Assembly (NCBI GenBank): GCA_963822945.1
Contig: CAWGJO010000017.1
Span: forward strand, 12,902 to 76,901
Length of the DNA stretch: 64,000 nt
DNA from: an uncultured Gemmatimonadaceae bacterium
GTDB taxonomy: Bacteria; Gemmatimonadota; Gemmatimonadetes; Gemmatimonadales; Gemmatimonadaceae
Direction of reading: 5' to 3'
In this document: positions 26,957 to 36,233 of the stretch, one piece after another
How positions within the stretch are numbered: the first letter of the stretch is position 1
Layout of the letters: each line of letters starts with the position of its first letter
The notes under the pieces: model-generated
What the model was told of the DNA's origin: nothing
The model's database searches: none
Seen by the model: only the letters and a program-made list of their open reading frames with translations
Position numbers and translations under genes: made by a program

Positions 26957-27597
26957 CGGCGCACCGGCAGCGCCGTGCCGTTGAGGAACGGGTTGCCGGC
27001 CAGTTCGTCGCCGATCGTCGTCGCCGGTCCGTGCCCTGGGAACACGCGCGTCGCAGGCGCGAGCGCGCTCACCCTGGCGAGCGACGCCTCCATGGCGTCC
27101 CCGTCGCAGAACGGCAGGTCCGTGCGTCCGACCGAGCCCCGGAACAGCAGGTCGCCGCCCAGCAGGAGGTCGTCCGCGTGAAACACGACGTGGCCGGGGG
27201 CGTGGCCCGGAGTATGGAGCACCTCGAACCGGGCGCCGCCGACGGTGACCACGTCGCCCTCGGCGAGTTCGCGATCCGGCGGCTCGGGCTGGTCGAAGGG
27301 CAAGCCGTACATCGCGGCAACGTCGGTCGCCCGGTCGTAGAGCGGGCGGTCAGCCGGATGCAGGTACACCGGAACCGGATGTACGCGTCGAACCCCGTTG
27401 ATGGCGCCCACGTGATCCAGGTGGGCGTGGGTGAGCCAGATGGCCTCGAGCGCCGCCCCCGAAGCGGCGACCATCGCTAGCAGGCGCTCCGGCTCGTCCC
27501 CCGGGTCGATCAGGACCGCCCGTGCCGACGGTTCGTCGACGACCAGGTAGCAGTTCTCCTGGAACGGACCGACGGTCTGGGACTCGATCCGGATCAC
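26953..27597 (-). CDS. MBL-fold metallo-hydrolase (glyoxalase II-like)
   Basis: THAHLDHVG, TPGHAPG, GDLLFRGSVGRTDL, PGHGP. Confidence 0.92.
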   Translation of the reverse strand: MIRIESQTVGPFQENCYLVVDEPSARAVLIDPGDEPERLLAMVAASGAALEAIWLTHAHLDHVGAINGVRRVHPVPVYLHPADRPLYDRATDVAAMYGLPFDQPEPPDRELAEGDVVTVGGARFEVLHTPGHAPGHVVFHADDLLLGGDLLFRGSVGRTDLPFCDGDAMEASLARVSALAPATRVFPGHGPATTIGDELAGNPFLNGTALPVRR

Positions 27598-27610
27598 GCC
27601 CCGCCCCGGC

Positions 27611-28580
27611 TCACGCCGCCCCCACCGGTTTTGCGGCGTCGGCGCGCGCCTTCAGGTACTTCTCGGCAGCGATGGCGGCCGTCGTGGCATCCCCGACCGC
27701 GGTCGTCACCTGGCGTGTCACCTGCACCCGCACGTCGCCGGCCGCGAACAGGCCCGGCGTGGAAGTCTGCATGCTCCAGTCGGTGATCAGATACCCCGTG
27801 GCGTCGTGGTCCACATGGTCGGCGATCACCCCGGTGTTCGGTTTGAACCCGATGAAGACGAACATGCCGGTGACCGGGCAGCTCGCGCCGCTCGCCGGTG
27901 TTGACGTCCCGGAGTTCGAGATGGTGCAGCAGCCCGTCGTCATCGCCCACGGCCCGCTCGACGACGGTGTTCCAGATCATCTGGATCTTCGGATTCTCGA
28001 ACGCACGCTCCTGGATGATCTTCGACGCACGCAGTTCTTCGCGGCGGTGAATCAGATACACCCGGTCCGCATATCGCGTGAGGTAGTCGGCTTCCTCGAC
28101 CGCCGCGTCGCCACCACCCACGACGGCGATCGTGTGCCCGCGGAAGAAGGCGCCGTCGCACACCGCGCAGTAGGACACGCCCTTGCCGGCATACTCCAGT
28201 TCGCCGGGGATGCCGAGCTTGATGGGCGTACCGCCGGCCGTGACGATGACCGTCGGGGAGAGGTACGTGTCGCCGCTCTCGGTGGTGGTCTCGAACAGGC
28301 CGTCGTCACGCTTCTTGATGGACGAGACGACGACGCCGGTGCGAATGTCGGCGCCGAACTTGGTGGCGTGATCGGCGAACTTCTGCGCCAGTTCGTAGCC
28401 GAGAATGCTCTCGAAGCCCGGATAGTCCTCGATCAACTCCGTGTTGAGCAGCTCGCCGCCGGGGGCGCCGCGCTCGAGCACGACCGTCTTCAGCATTCCG
28501 CGGCCGGCGTACATGCCGGCGCACAAGCCGGCAGGGCCGGCCCCGATGATCACGACCTCGAACTCATGGGTCTGTGCCAC
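27611..28580 (-). CDS. trxB: Thioredoxin-disulfide reductase (apparent frameshift near 27876)
   Basis: IIGAGPAG, GVSYCAVCDG, VVGGGDAAVEEA; next frame GMFVFIGFKPNT, GLFAAGDVR, QVTTAVGD. Confidence 0.93.
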
Positions 28581-28693
28581 AGGATTCTCTCTTTCGGGGC
28601 TCCGCGCCGTTGGCCGCGGAGCGTTTCTCTGATCTGAATCTCGCCAGAAACACCGGCGAGGGGAACCGGAATACCCTCACGCTAATCGAACCG

Positions 28694-29473
28694 TCAACCA
28701 CTTCGGGAGTCGGAAGTTCCCCGGCCCACGAGCAGGCGGCTCACCGCCCCGTGGCAGTGTGAGACGGTCCCCACCAGCGCATCCACCGGCCCTCCCCCGG
28801 CGCCGGCCGCCGCGATCGCGGCGTCGGCATCCAGCACCTCCGCGACGTCGATCATCCCAACGCCGTAGGCCCGATGCACGCACCGGAAAAGAAGGGGCAT
28901 CGCGGCGGCCGCGCCCCCTGCGCCACCGCCCGCGGCGTAGGCCCGGAGCGCCGGCGCGAGGCTCCAGTCGCGCGGGCCGCGCGTGTGCGGACACACGTCG
29001 GGCTCGATGCAGTTGATGGGACACATCCACGTAGCGTAGCTCACGTAGTGGGTCCCATCGGGGGCCGCCCGTTCCCACGGCACCTCGGGTGGTGCCTCCA
29101 GCGGGGCCACGCGAACGTCTCGCGCCGGCCAGCGCGCGCGGGCGGCGTCCGCCAGCCAATCGCGCAACAGGTGCGGCATGAGCGGCGATGGGACGATGGC
29201 ATCCGTGCGGCCGGCGGACGCGAGAAAACCCGCCAGGTACTCCCGCCATTCGGCGGTCTCGATCATGACCAGCGGATCTCGGTCGGCGACCTCCGTGGAC
29301 AGCGCGCACGCGGGATCACGGTCGACGACCACCACTTGGTGACAGTGGACGGCCCCGGCGGCCACGGCCCGCCGGAGCTGGCGCACGTAGTAGCCGCCGT
29401 AGCACCCCCCACCGATGACGACGATGCGACCGAAGTGCTGTGGCGCCGAGAGCCGCGGGTTAGCGACGGACAC
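28694..29473 (-). CDS. Hypothetical protein with Rossmann-like N-terminus and Cys/His-rich C-terminus
   Basis: IVVIGGGCYG, VVVVDRD; CPINCIEPDVCPH, CVH, SHCHG; GTG start inferred. Confidence 0.75.
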   Translation of the reverse strand: MSVANPRLSAPQHFGRIVVIGGGCYGGYYVRQLRRAVAAGAVHCHQVVVVDRDPACALSTEVADRDPLVMIETAEWREYLAGFLASAGRTDAIVPSPLMPHLLRDWLADAARARWPARDVRVAPLEAPPEVPWERAAPDGTHYVSYATWMCPINCIEPDVCPHTRGPRDWSLAPALRAYAAGGGAGGAAAAMPLLFRCVHRAYGVGMIDVAEVLDADAAIAAAGAGGGPVDALVGTVSHCHGAVSRLLVGRGTSDSRSG

Positions 29474-30194
29474 GACGTCCGCCGTCCACGACGACGGTCT
29501 CGCCGGTGACGAAGTCGGCGTCGAGCAGATAGAGCACGGCCTGCACCACGTCGTCCGGAGTCCCGTGCCGGGCGAGCGGCGTGGTCTCACGCAGCCGCTC
29601 GGCGTCGGCCGCCGTCCAGTCCTCGGGCAACAACACCGTGCCCGGGGCCACGGCGTTCACGCGCACGGCCGGCGCGAGCACGCGGGCCAGCGATTCCGTG
29701 AGCCGCACGACCGCCAGCTTGGAAAGCCCGTGCGGGATGTAACCGGGCCATGTCTCGAAGGCCGCGAGGTCGGCGATGTTCACGATGGCGCCGCCGCTGC
29801 CGGCGCTCAGCCACGGCGCCGCCGCCTGCGACAGCAAGTACGGCGCGCGGAGATTGAGCGCGAAGATGCGGTCCCATGCCTCCGGCGACGTCTCGCCGAA
29901 CGGCGTGCGCTCCATGACGGCCGCCGAGTTGACGAGCACGTCGAGACCGCCGAGCTGACCGGCGGCGTCGGCGACGAGCGCCGCCGGCGCGTCGGGATCG
30001 GCGAGGTCGGCGCGGACGAGCACCGCGTCCCCCCCGGCCGCCGCAATCAGCCGCGCCGTCTCCGCGGCGCCCGCTTCGGAGCCGTGGTAGTGCACGGCCA
30101 CGCGCATGCCGCGGCCGCCGAGTCCCACGGCGATCGCGCGTCCCACGCGTCTGCCCGCGCCCGTTACCATCGCCGTCCGTTCGCGCAACTGCAT
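29460..30194 (-). CDS. SDR oxidoreductase, pteridine reductase/FolM-like
   Basis: VTGAGRRVG, VHYHGS, LVNSAAV, IVNIAD, VRVNAVAPG, VDGG. Confidence 0.85.
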   Translation of the reverse strand: MQLRERTAMVTGAGRRVGRAIAVGLGGRGMRVAVHYHGSEAGAAETARLIAAAGGDAVLVRADLADPDAPAALVADAAGQLGGLDVLVNSAAVMERTPFGETSPEAWDRIFALNLRAPYLLSQAAAPWLSAGSGGAIVNIADLAAFETWPGYIPHGLSKLAVVRLTESLARVLAPAVRVNAVAPGTVLLPEDWTAADAERLRETTPLARHGTPDDVVQAVLYLLDADFVTGETVVVDGGRRVRR

Positions 30195-30214
30195 GCCGCC
30201 TCCCGTTGCGGTCG

Positions 30215-31090
30215 CTACTTCCCGGCGGCCGTGCGCCGCTCGGCCACCCGCGCGTCCTGCTGCGCCAGCCACGCCTCCGGCACGCGCATCGACCCGAGCG
30301 TGCGCGGGCCGCTGCCGGCGCCGTGCCAGTCCGAGCCTCCGCTGGGCAACAGGCCGAGATGGTCGGCAATCGCGCGCAGCCGCGCGATGTCCTCCGCGCC
30401 GTGGCTGGGGTGCAGGACCTCGACGCCGTCCAGCCCCTGGGCGGCCAGCGCCTCCACCCGGGCCAGTGTGCCGGTATGCCCGGGGTGGGCCATGACGGCC
30501 ACTCCGCCGGCGCGGTGGATCATGGCGATCGCGTCGGCCATGGTCAGTTTGTCCTTGGCGACGAACGCCGGCCGGCCGTTGCCGAGATACCGGTCGAACG
30601 CGTCGCGAAGGTCGGTGGCCCAGCCCTCCTGAACCAGTGCGCGGGCCACGTGCGGACGCCCGATGGCCGCCCCCGCGGCCTGCTCCAGCACGGCCTCGAA
30701 GGTGATCCGGACACCCAAGTCGTTGAGCCGCGTCACCATGCGCGCCGCGCGCTCGCGGCGCATCTCCCGCAACTCGGCCAGCCCGGCTTCGATCTCGCCG
30801 GGGCGCGACAGGTGGAGGCCCAGAAGGTGTGTTTCGACGTCGCCCTCCACCGCGCTCAACTCCACGCCCGCCACCAGCCGCACACCGACGGAGTCCGCGG
30901 CGGCGCGCGCTTCTTCGACACCGGCCACGGTATCGTGATCGGTCAGCGCGATGGCGGCGAGGCCGGCGGCACGCGCCGCCGCCATCACCTCCGCCGGCGC
31001 CCGTGACCCGTCGGATGCGGTGGAATGAGAGTGCAGATCGACGTAGGCAGAGCGCTCGACCACGGGAGGGGCGCCCTCCGGCACCGTCAC
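30215..31090 (-). CDS. PHP-domain phosphoesterase (TrpH/YciV-like)
   Basis: DLHSHSTASDG, ALTDHDT, GRPHVA, AHP, GGSDWHG. Confidence 0.92.
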   Translation of the reverse strand: MTVPEGAPPVVERSAYVDLHSHSTASDGSRAPAEVMAAARAAGLAAIALTDHDTVAGVEEARAAADSVGVRLVAGVELSAVEGDVETHLLGLHLSRPGEIEAGLAELREMRRERAARMVTRLNDLGVRITFEAVLEQAAGAAIGRPHVARALVQEGWATDLRDAFDRYLGNGRPAFVAKDKLTMADAIAMIHRAGGVAVMAHPGHTGTLARVEALAAQGLDGVEVLHPSHGAEDIARLRAIADHLGLLPSGGSDWHGAGSGPRTLGSMRVPEAWLAQQDARVAERRTAAGK

Positions 31091-31353
31091 GCGGAGTAGT
31101 CGGCTTCCGGCGACGTGAAGCTCGGCTGCGAGTGGCCGAACAACCGCTGCAGGTCGGCCTCGCTCATCTGGGCGAGCGCCAGTTCGCGGGAGCGGGTACC
31201 GTGCGGCGAGTACCGGCTCACGCGGACCTCGCGCTCGTCACCGGTGCCTGCGATGAACAGCAGGGCGAACTCATCATGGTCGAGCTGCGTGACGCGGCCC
31301 GAGGGCACCACGCGCCACGACTTGCCATTCACGTTCAGCGTCCGGATGGGCAT
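31087..31353 (-). CDS. Hypothetical small protein
   Basis: 88-aa ORF abutting both neighbours; normal composition. Confidence 0.65.
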   Translation of the reverse strand: MPIRTLNVNGKSWRVVPSGRVTQLDHDEFALLFIAGTGDEREVRVSRYSPHGTRSRELALAQMSEADLQRLFGHSQPSFTSPEADYSA

Positions 31354-31614
31354 CTAGGGCAACTCCACTTCAATGTAAATGCGCCCGGCGTCGAGAATCG
31401 GGTCGGGCGCGTCCCGATGGGCACGCGTCAACGTCTCGACGTCGGGGCCTTCGAAGAACTCGAGAAACGCGCCCGGCAGCCCCGCCTCCTCGAACGCCCA
31501 GAACCGGCATCCGGCCTTGGCGTAGTATTCCTGCCGCCGCACGAGCCGCTCGCCGTAGCGCTTCCGTTCCTGCGGTGGAATGAGGGTGCGTTGCACCGTG
31601 AGCGCGCGAGGCAT
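31354..31614 (-). CDS. Hypothetical small protein
   Basis: 86-aa ORF packed between E2 gene and next ORF; normal composition. Confidence 0.65.
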   Translation of the reverse strand: MPRALTVQRTLIPPQERKRYGERLVRRQEYYAKAGCRFWAFEEAGLPGAFLEFFEGPDVETLTRAHRDAPDPILDAGRIYIEVELP

Positions 31615-31615
31615 G

Positions 31616-32920
31616 TCAGAGGGCCGCGTCGGGGAAGCTCTCGATCGTACGCTTGATGTGGCCGAGGAACTGGTCGGCCACCGCGCCGTCGACGATCCGA
31701 TGATCGAACGAGAGGGAGAGATAGGAACAGGTGCGGATGGCGATCGTGTCCTCGCCGTCGGCGCCGGTGAGCACCTTCGCCCGCTTCTCGATGGCGCCGA
31801 TGCAGAGAATGGCCACCTGCGGCTGGTTGATGATCGGGGTGCCCGTGAGCGACCCGAACACCCCGGGATTGGTGATCGTGAACGTGCCGTCCTGCACCTC
31901 GCGCGGATCGAGCTTCTTGGCCCGGGCGCGACCGGCGAGGTCGTTGAGCGACTTCGTCAAACCGGCCAGCGACAGGTCTTCCGCGTTGCGGACCACCGGA
32001 ACGATCAGCCCCCAGTCGAGCGCCACGGCAATGCCGAGGTTGATCGGACGCCGGTAGATGACGTTGGTGCCGGCCACCGACGCGTTGACCACGGGGAACG
32101 CCTTCAGCGCATCCACCGTCGCCTTCATGATGAACGGCATGTACGAGAGCTTCTCCCCGTAGGCCGCCTCGAACGCGGCCTTCTGCGCGGCGCGAATGCG
32201 AGCCACGCGGGTGAAGTCCATCTCCATGATCGACGTCACGTGCGCCGAGGTATGCCGCGACACCACCATGTGCTCGCTGATCAGCGCGCGCATCTTGCTC
32301 ATCGGCTCCACGCGGTCGCCCGGCCAGGCCGTGGGCATCGGCGCCGTGTGCGCCGCCGGAGCCGCCGCGCTCCGCGGCGCCCCGGAATCCAGGTACTGCA
32401 TGATGTCGCGCTTCGTGACCCGTCCGGCGAGCCCACTGCCCTGGAGGCCGGACAGTTCGACGCCATGCTCGGCGGCGATCTTGCGGACCAGCGGCGACGA
32501 CTTGGTGCGGAGCCGGTCCTCGAGCGAATGCCCGTTGCCGGACACGACGTTTGGCGCCGGCGCACGCACCGGCGGCGCAGGCGGCGCGGCCGGCGCCGGG
32601 GCGGCGGACACGGCCTTCGCCGCCGGAATAGCGGCCGCAGCCGGGGCCGCGGCCGGTTGGGCCGGCACCGCGGCGCCCTTCTCCGACTCGAGTCTGGCGA
32701 CGACGGCGTCCACCGCGACCGTCTCGCCTTCCTTGACGAGGATCTCGGCGATCACGCCGGCGGACGGCGACGGAATCTCGGCGTCGACCTTGTCGGTGGA
32801 GATCTCGAACAGCGGTTCGTCGCGCTTGACCTCGTCCCCGACCTTCTTCAGCCACTTGGACAGGGTGCCTTCGGCGATCGACTCGCCCATCTGGGGCATG
32901 GTGACGTCTATGCGTGCCAC
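31616..32920 (-). CDS. 2-oxoacid dehydrogenase E2 (dihydrolipoamide acyltransferase, SucB/DlaT-like)
   Basis: Lipoyl domain MPQMGESIAEG...STDKVDAEIPSP; E3-binding SPLVRK...GRVTKRD; catalytic SFDHRIVDG. Confidence 0.92.
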   Translation of the reverse strand: MARIDVTMPQMGESIAEGTLSKWLKKVGDEVKRDEPLFEISTDKVDAEIPSPSAGVIAEILVKEGETVAVDAVVARLESEKGAAVPAQPAAAPAAAAIPAAKAVSAAPAPAAPPAPPVRAPAPNVVSGNGHSLEDRLRTKSSPLVRKIAAEHGVELSGLQGSGLAGRVTKRDIMQYLDSGAPRSAAAPAAHTAPMPTAWPGDRVEPMSKMRALISEHMVVSRHTSAHVTSIMEMDFTRVARIRAAQKAAFEAAYGEKLSYMPFIMKATVDALKAFPVVNASVAGTNVIYRRPINLGIAVALDWGLIVPVVRNAEDLSLAGLTKSLNDLAGRARAKKLDPREVQDGTFTITNPGVFGSLTGTPIINQPQVAILCIGAIEKRAKVLTGADGEDTIAIRTCSYLSLSFDHRIVDGAVADQFLGHIKRTIESFPDAAL

Positions 32921-32924
32921 GGGA

Positions 32925-33218
32925 TCATCCTCGGTCCGATTTTTCAGCCGCGCGGCGTCCGCGGCGCCTCAGGAGCAGGACGGTCGTCGGAAAGATGAGC
33001 ATACCGGCGACGGCCCCGAAGAACCAATAGCTTCCCCAACTACAGGGTGCGCCCGTGTTGGGATCGGACGAGCAGTGCTGCGCCCATCCGACGATCTTGG
33101 CCACGAGGACTCCCAACATGCCGCCGCCGAACAGGCCGGCGACGAGGGTGATGCACCCCAGACCAAGATACTCCCATGCGCTCCCGGTTTCGACCGGGGA
33201 TTGGTCATCGGGGGTCAA
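32925..33218 (-). CDS. Hypothetical two-TM membrane protein
   Basis: Two hydrophobic helices around a Cys-containing loop; basic C-terminal tail. Confidence 0.6.
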   Translation of the reverse strand: MTPDDQSPVETGSAWEYLGLGCITLVAGLFGGGMLGVLVAKIVGWAQHCSSDPNTGAPCSWGSYWFFGAVAGMLIFPTTVLLLRRRGRRAAEKSDRG

Positions 33219-33272
33219 ACCGGGGCTCCGCGAACGGCGTCGGGGGGACGGGAGGCCGGGGACATGCCGGCG

Positions 33273-33566
33273 TCAGTACGCGGCTTCGAGCGCGTGGCGA
33301 GGGTCTTCCTCGCGGTGCAGCGAGAGGAAGAACCGTTTGACGTTCCGGTCGAGCCGGCTCTCGCCGATCTGATCGGTCTCGACGTCGACGAAGGTGTAGT
33401 GTCCGCCCTCGGCCTTCACGGTGAGCCGCAGCGAGCCCAGGGGGCCGCTGAAGGTCCGCGTGCGCGCCGCGGAGGCCCCGCTCTGCAGGCCGAGGGCCGG
33501 AAAGAAGCGATCGGCGGCCGCAACGGCGTCCGCCGGCGTGAGATGACTGCGATAGAAGTGGCGCAT
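33273..33566 (-). CDS. Hypothetical small protein
   Basis: MRHFYRSHLT... C-terminal 97 aa of ORF 33273..34049; ATG overlaps upstream stop. Confidence 0.65.
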   Translation of the reverse strand: MRHFYRSHLTPADAVAAADRFFPALGLQSGASAARTRTFSGPLGSLRLTVKAEGGHYTFVDVETDQIGESRLDRNVKRFFLSLHREEDPRHALEAAY

Positions 33567-34006
33567 TATGGTGGCGTCGAATCGGGGCGTTCGTTGAACA
33601 CGTCCTGCATCCAGTCCACCCGCTCGAGCGGGTGGAGCGAGTCGCGACGGAACCGGATGGCCATGGCCCACTGGCCGGACATCACGAAATTCAGCTTGGC
33701 GTAGTAGGTGCCGAGTTCCGGTCCGTTCTGGAAGCCGTCCCAGGTGTGAGGGCCCTGGGGCCCGGCGCTCATGTTGGCGAAGATCTGGCCCTCGCCGTTG
33801 TCGATCGGCTGCTGGGTCTTCCGATCCCGCACGATGACTTTGTACGTGATGGTCTCGCGCGCGTGCGGCGGGATGTCGGAGGGCTCGATGACGAACTCGT
33901 AGCTCTTCGAGGGAAGGCGCAGCACGGGCCGTCGGGCCTCGCCGCCGCAGGCGGCCATGAAGGCCACCGTCCCTCCCAGTGCCAGCACGCGCGCGATTCG
34001 CATCAC
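33566..34006 (-). CDS. Putative lipoprotein, YtkA/FixH-like Ig fold
   Basis: Lipobox MAAC; GTYYAKLNFVMSGQWAMAIRF pattern. Confidence 0.6.
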   Translation of the reverse strand: MMRIARVLALGGTVAFMAACGGEARRPVLRLPSKSYEFVIEPSDIPPHARETITYKVIVRDRKTQQPIDNGEGQIFANMSAGPQGPHTWDGFQNGPELGTYYAKLNFVMSGQWAMAIRFRRDSLHPLERVDWMQDVFNERPDSTPP

Positions 34007-35334
34007 GATCGATAGTACTCCAGGCCCAGATGCGTGATCTGCTCCTCACCCATGAGGTGGCGGAGCGTGTTCTTCAGCTTGGTCTGCTGAATGAAAAGAT
34101 CGTGCTCCGGCTGCAGTCCCGCAGCGGCCATGGGCGACTTGTAATAGAAACTTAACCATTCCTGGATTCCCTTCATGCCGGCGCGCTGGGCGAAATCGGA
34201 GAACAGCGCGAGGTCGAGCACGAGGGGCGCGGCGAGAATCGAGTCGCGGCACAGGAAGTTCACCTTGATCTGCATCGGGTAGCCCATCCACCCGACGATG
34301 TCGATGTTGTCCCAGCCTTCCTTGTTGTCGCCGCGCGGCGGGTAGTAGTTGATGCGCACGACGTGCGAGAAATCCTTGTACAGGTCCGGATACTGCTCGG
34401 GCTGCAGGATGGTGTGCAGCACGCTGAGCTTGGATTCCTCCTTCGTCTTGAACGACTGGGGGTCGTCGAGCACTTCGCCGTCGCGGTTGCCGAGGATGTT
34501 GGTGGAGTACCACCCGGCGAGTCCGAGCATGCGCGCCTTGATGGCCGGCGCGATGACCGTCTTCATCCACGTCTGCCCGGTCTTGAAGTCCTTTCCCGAA
34601 ATCGGAACGCCCTTGTCGATGGCGAGCTGCTGCAGCGCCTGGGTGTCCACGGCGAGGTTGGGAGCCCCGTTGGCGTACGGGATGCCCTCCATGATCGCCG
34701 CGTAGGCATACAGCATGGCGGGCGAGATCGCTTCGTCATTCTCGTCCATCGCCTTCTCGAAGGCGGCGAGGCTGGCATGCTGCGGTCCCGGGCGGATGAA
34801 GATCTCGGTGGACGCGCACCACACGACCACCAGGCGGTCGAGCTTGTGCTTGGCCTTGAAGTCGCGCATGTCCTGGCGCAGCTGCTCGGCCAGGTCGCGC
34901 TTCGTCTTGCCCTTCTTGACGTTGCTGCCGTTGATGCGCGTGACGTAGTGATTGTCGAACACGGCCGGCATCGGCTTGATGCCCTTGAGAAAGTCGGCCA
35001 CGCGCTCCAGGTCGGCCGCTTCGAGCACGCCGGCCTTCTTGGCCGCCGTGTAGGCGTCGTCGGGGATCGGGTCCCAGGCGCCGAACACGAGGTCGTCGAG
35101 CTCGGCGAGCGGCGCGAAATCCTTGATCAACGGCGATCGATTGTCGGTACGCTTGCCCAGCCGGATGGTGGCCATCTGGGTGAGCGAGCCGATGGGCTTG
35201 GAGTACCCGCGGCGAATGCTCTCGACGCCGGCCATGAAGGTGGTGGCGACAGCCCCGAGTCCGGGGGTCAGCACACCCAGCTTTCCGGTGGCCGGCCGGG
35301 GCGCCTGCGGCGTTTCGGAAGACGAACCCTGCAC
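34003..35334 (-). CDS. ino1: myo-inositol-1-phosphate synthase
   Basis: GLGAVATT, WCASTE, GKDFKTGQT, STNILGNRDG, YYPPRGDNKEGWD, CRDSILAAPLVLDL; GTG after AAAGGAG RBS. Confidence 0.93.
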   Translation of the reverse strand: MQGSSSETPQAPRPATGKLGVLTPGLGAVATTFMAGVESIRRGYSKPIGSLTQMATIRLGKRTDNRSPLIKDFAPLAELDDLVFGAWDPIPDDAYTAAKKAGVLEAADLERVADFLKGIKPMPAVFDNHYVTRINGSNVKKGKTKRDLAEQLRQDMRDFKAKHKLDRLVVVWCASTEIFIRPGPQHASLAAFEKAMDENDEAISPAMLYAYAAIMEGIPYANGAPNLAVDTQALQQLAIDKGVPISGKDFKTGQTWMKTVIAPAIKARMLGLAGWYSTNILGNRDGEVLDDPQSFKTKEESKLSVLHTILQPEQYPDLYKDFSHVVRINYYPPRGDNKEGWDNIDIVGWMGYPMQIKVNFLCRDSILAAPLVLDLALFSDFAQRAGMKGIQEWLSFYYKSPMAAAGLQPEHDLFIQQTKLKNTLRHLMGEEQITHLGLEYYRS

Positions 35335-35338
35335 GACG

Positions 35339-36055
35339 TTAATCTCCTTTGAGCAAGGGACGCGCATCGAAGGCGGCCGCGGGCGGCGTGGATGTCTGTC
35401 CCGCCGCCTCCCCGACCGATGCTGAGGCGTCCGTGGGCGTCGTGGCTCTATAGACGAAAGCCACACGCTGGTAAACGGTAATCCAGGCCGTCACGGTCAG
35501 GATCACGATGATGGTCGCAAGGACGACTCCATGCAGGGTCAGTCCGAAGAACGCCTGCGGCACCGAGAGCAACACCACGCGCTCGGGACGCTGCAGCATC
35601 CCCACCTTGGCGTGGATTCCGAGGGCTTCCGCCCGCGCCCGCGTATACGACGTAAGGAACGCGCCGATGAGGCCGAGGAGGCAGACGACCACCATCGGCA
35701 CGCTGGCCCACGAGTGGTGCGTCTGGTTCAACGCGTAGAAGACGGCGAGCCCGCCCAGCACGAAGCCGTCGGCCAGGCGATCGAGCGTCGAGTCGAGAAA
35801 CGCGCCGAACGTGGACGCCTGGTTGGACCGCCGGGCCACGGTGCCGTCGAGAACATCGAAGATGGCGGTCAGCCCGAGGAAGAATCCGCCCACGCTGATG
35901 TGCCCGGTCCCGTAGACGACCCCGCCGATAACGGTGCACAAGGTCCCGATCACCGTGATGGTGTTGGGGTGCACACCGTGGCGCACGCACCAATCCGCCA
36001 CCGGATCGATGAGGCGCAGGTAACCGTTCTTAAGCCAGTCCGGCAGAATCTTCAT
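35339..36055 (-). CDS. CDP-alcohol phosphatidyltransferase (probable phosphatidylinositol-phosphate synthase)
   Basis: PNTIT; signature DVLDGTVARRSNQASTFGAFLDSTLDR; SYTRARAE...RPER; directly upstream of ino1. Confidence 0.85.
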   Translation of the reverse strand: MKILPDWLKNGYLRLIDPVADWCVRHGVHPNTITVIGTLCTVIGGVVYGTGHISVGGFFLGLTAIFDVLDGTVARRSNQASTFGAFLDSTLDRLADGFVLGGLAVFYALNQTHHSWASVPMVVVCLLGLIGAFLTSYTRARAEALGIHAKVGMLQRPERVVLLSVPQAFFGLTLHGVVLATIIVILTVTAWITVYQRVAFVYRATTPTDASASVGEAAGQTSTPPAAAFDARPLLKGD

Positions 36056-36233
36056 TCGGCTCCGAGACACGCACTCGGCGGGCGCCGCGCCGCTCGATCT
36101 GCAGGCGGGGGCGGGGGGCACAAAGCAAACGGCCGGAGCAACGCCCCGGCGGCTAATAGTATCCCGATGGCAAACAGGTAGCAACCGCGATGCCGGGCGT
36201 TTCCCCGCGGCGGGGACGGTCGTATTCTAGGGG

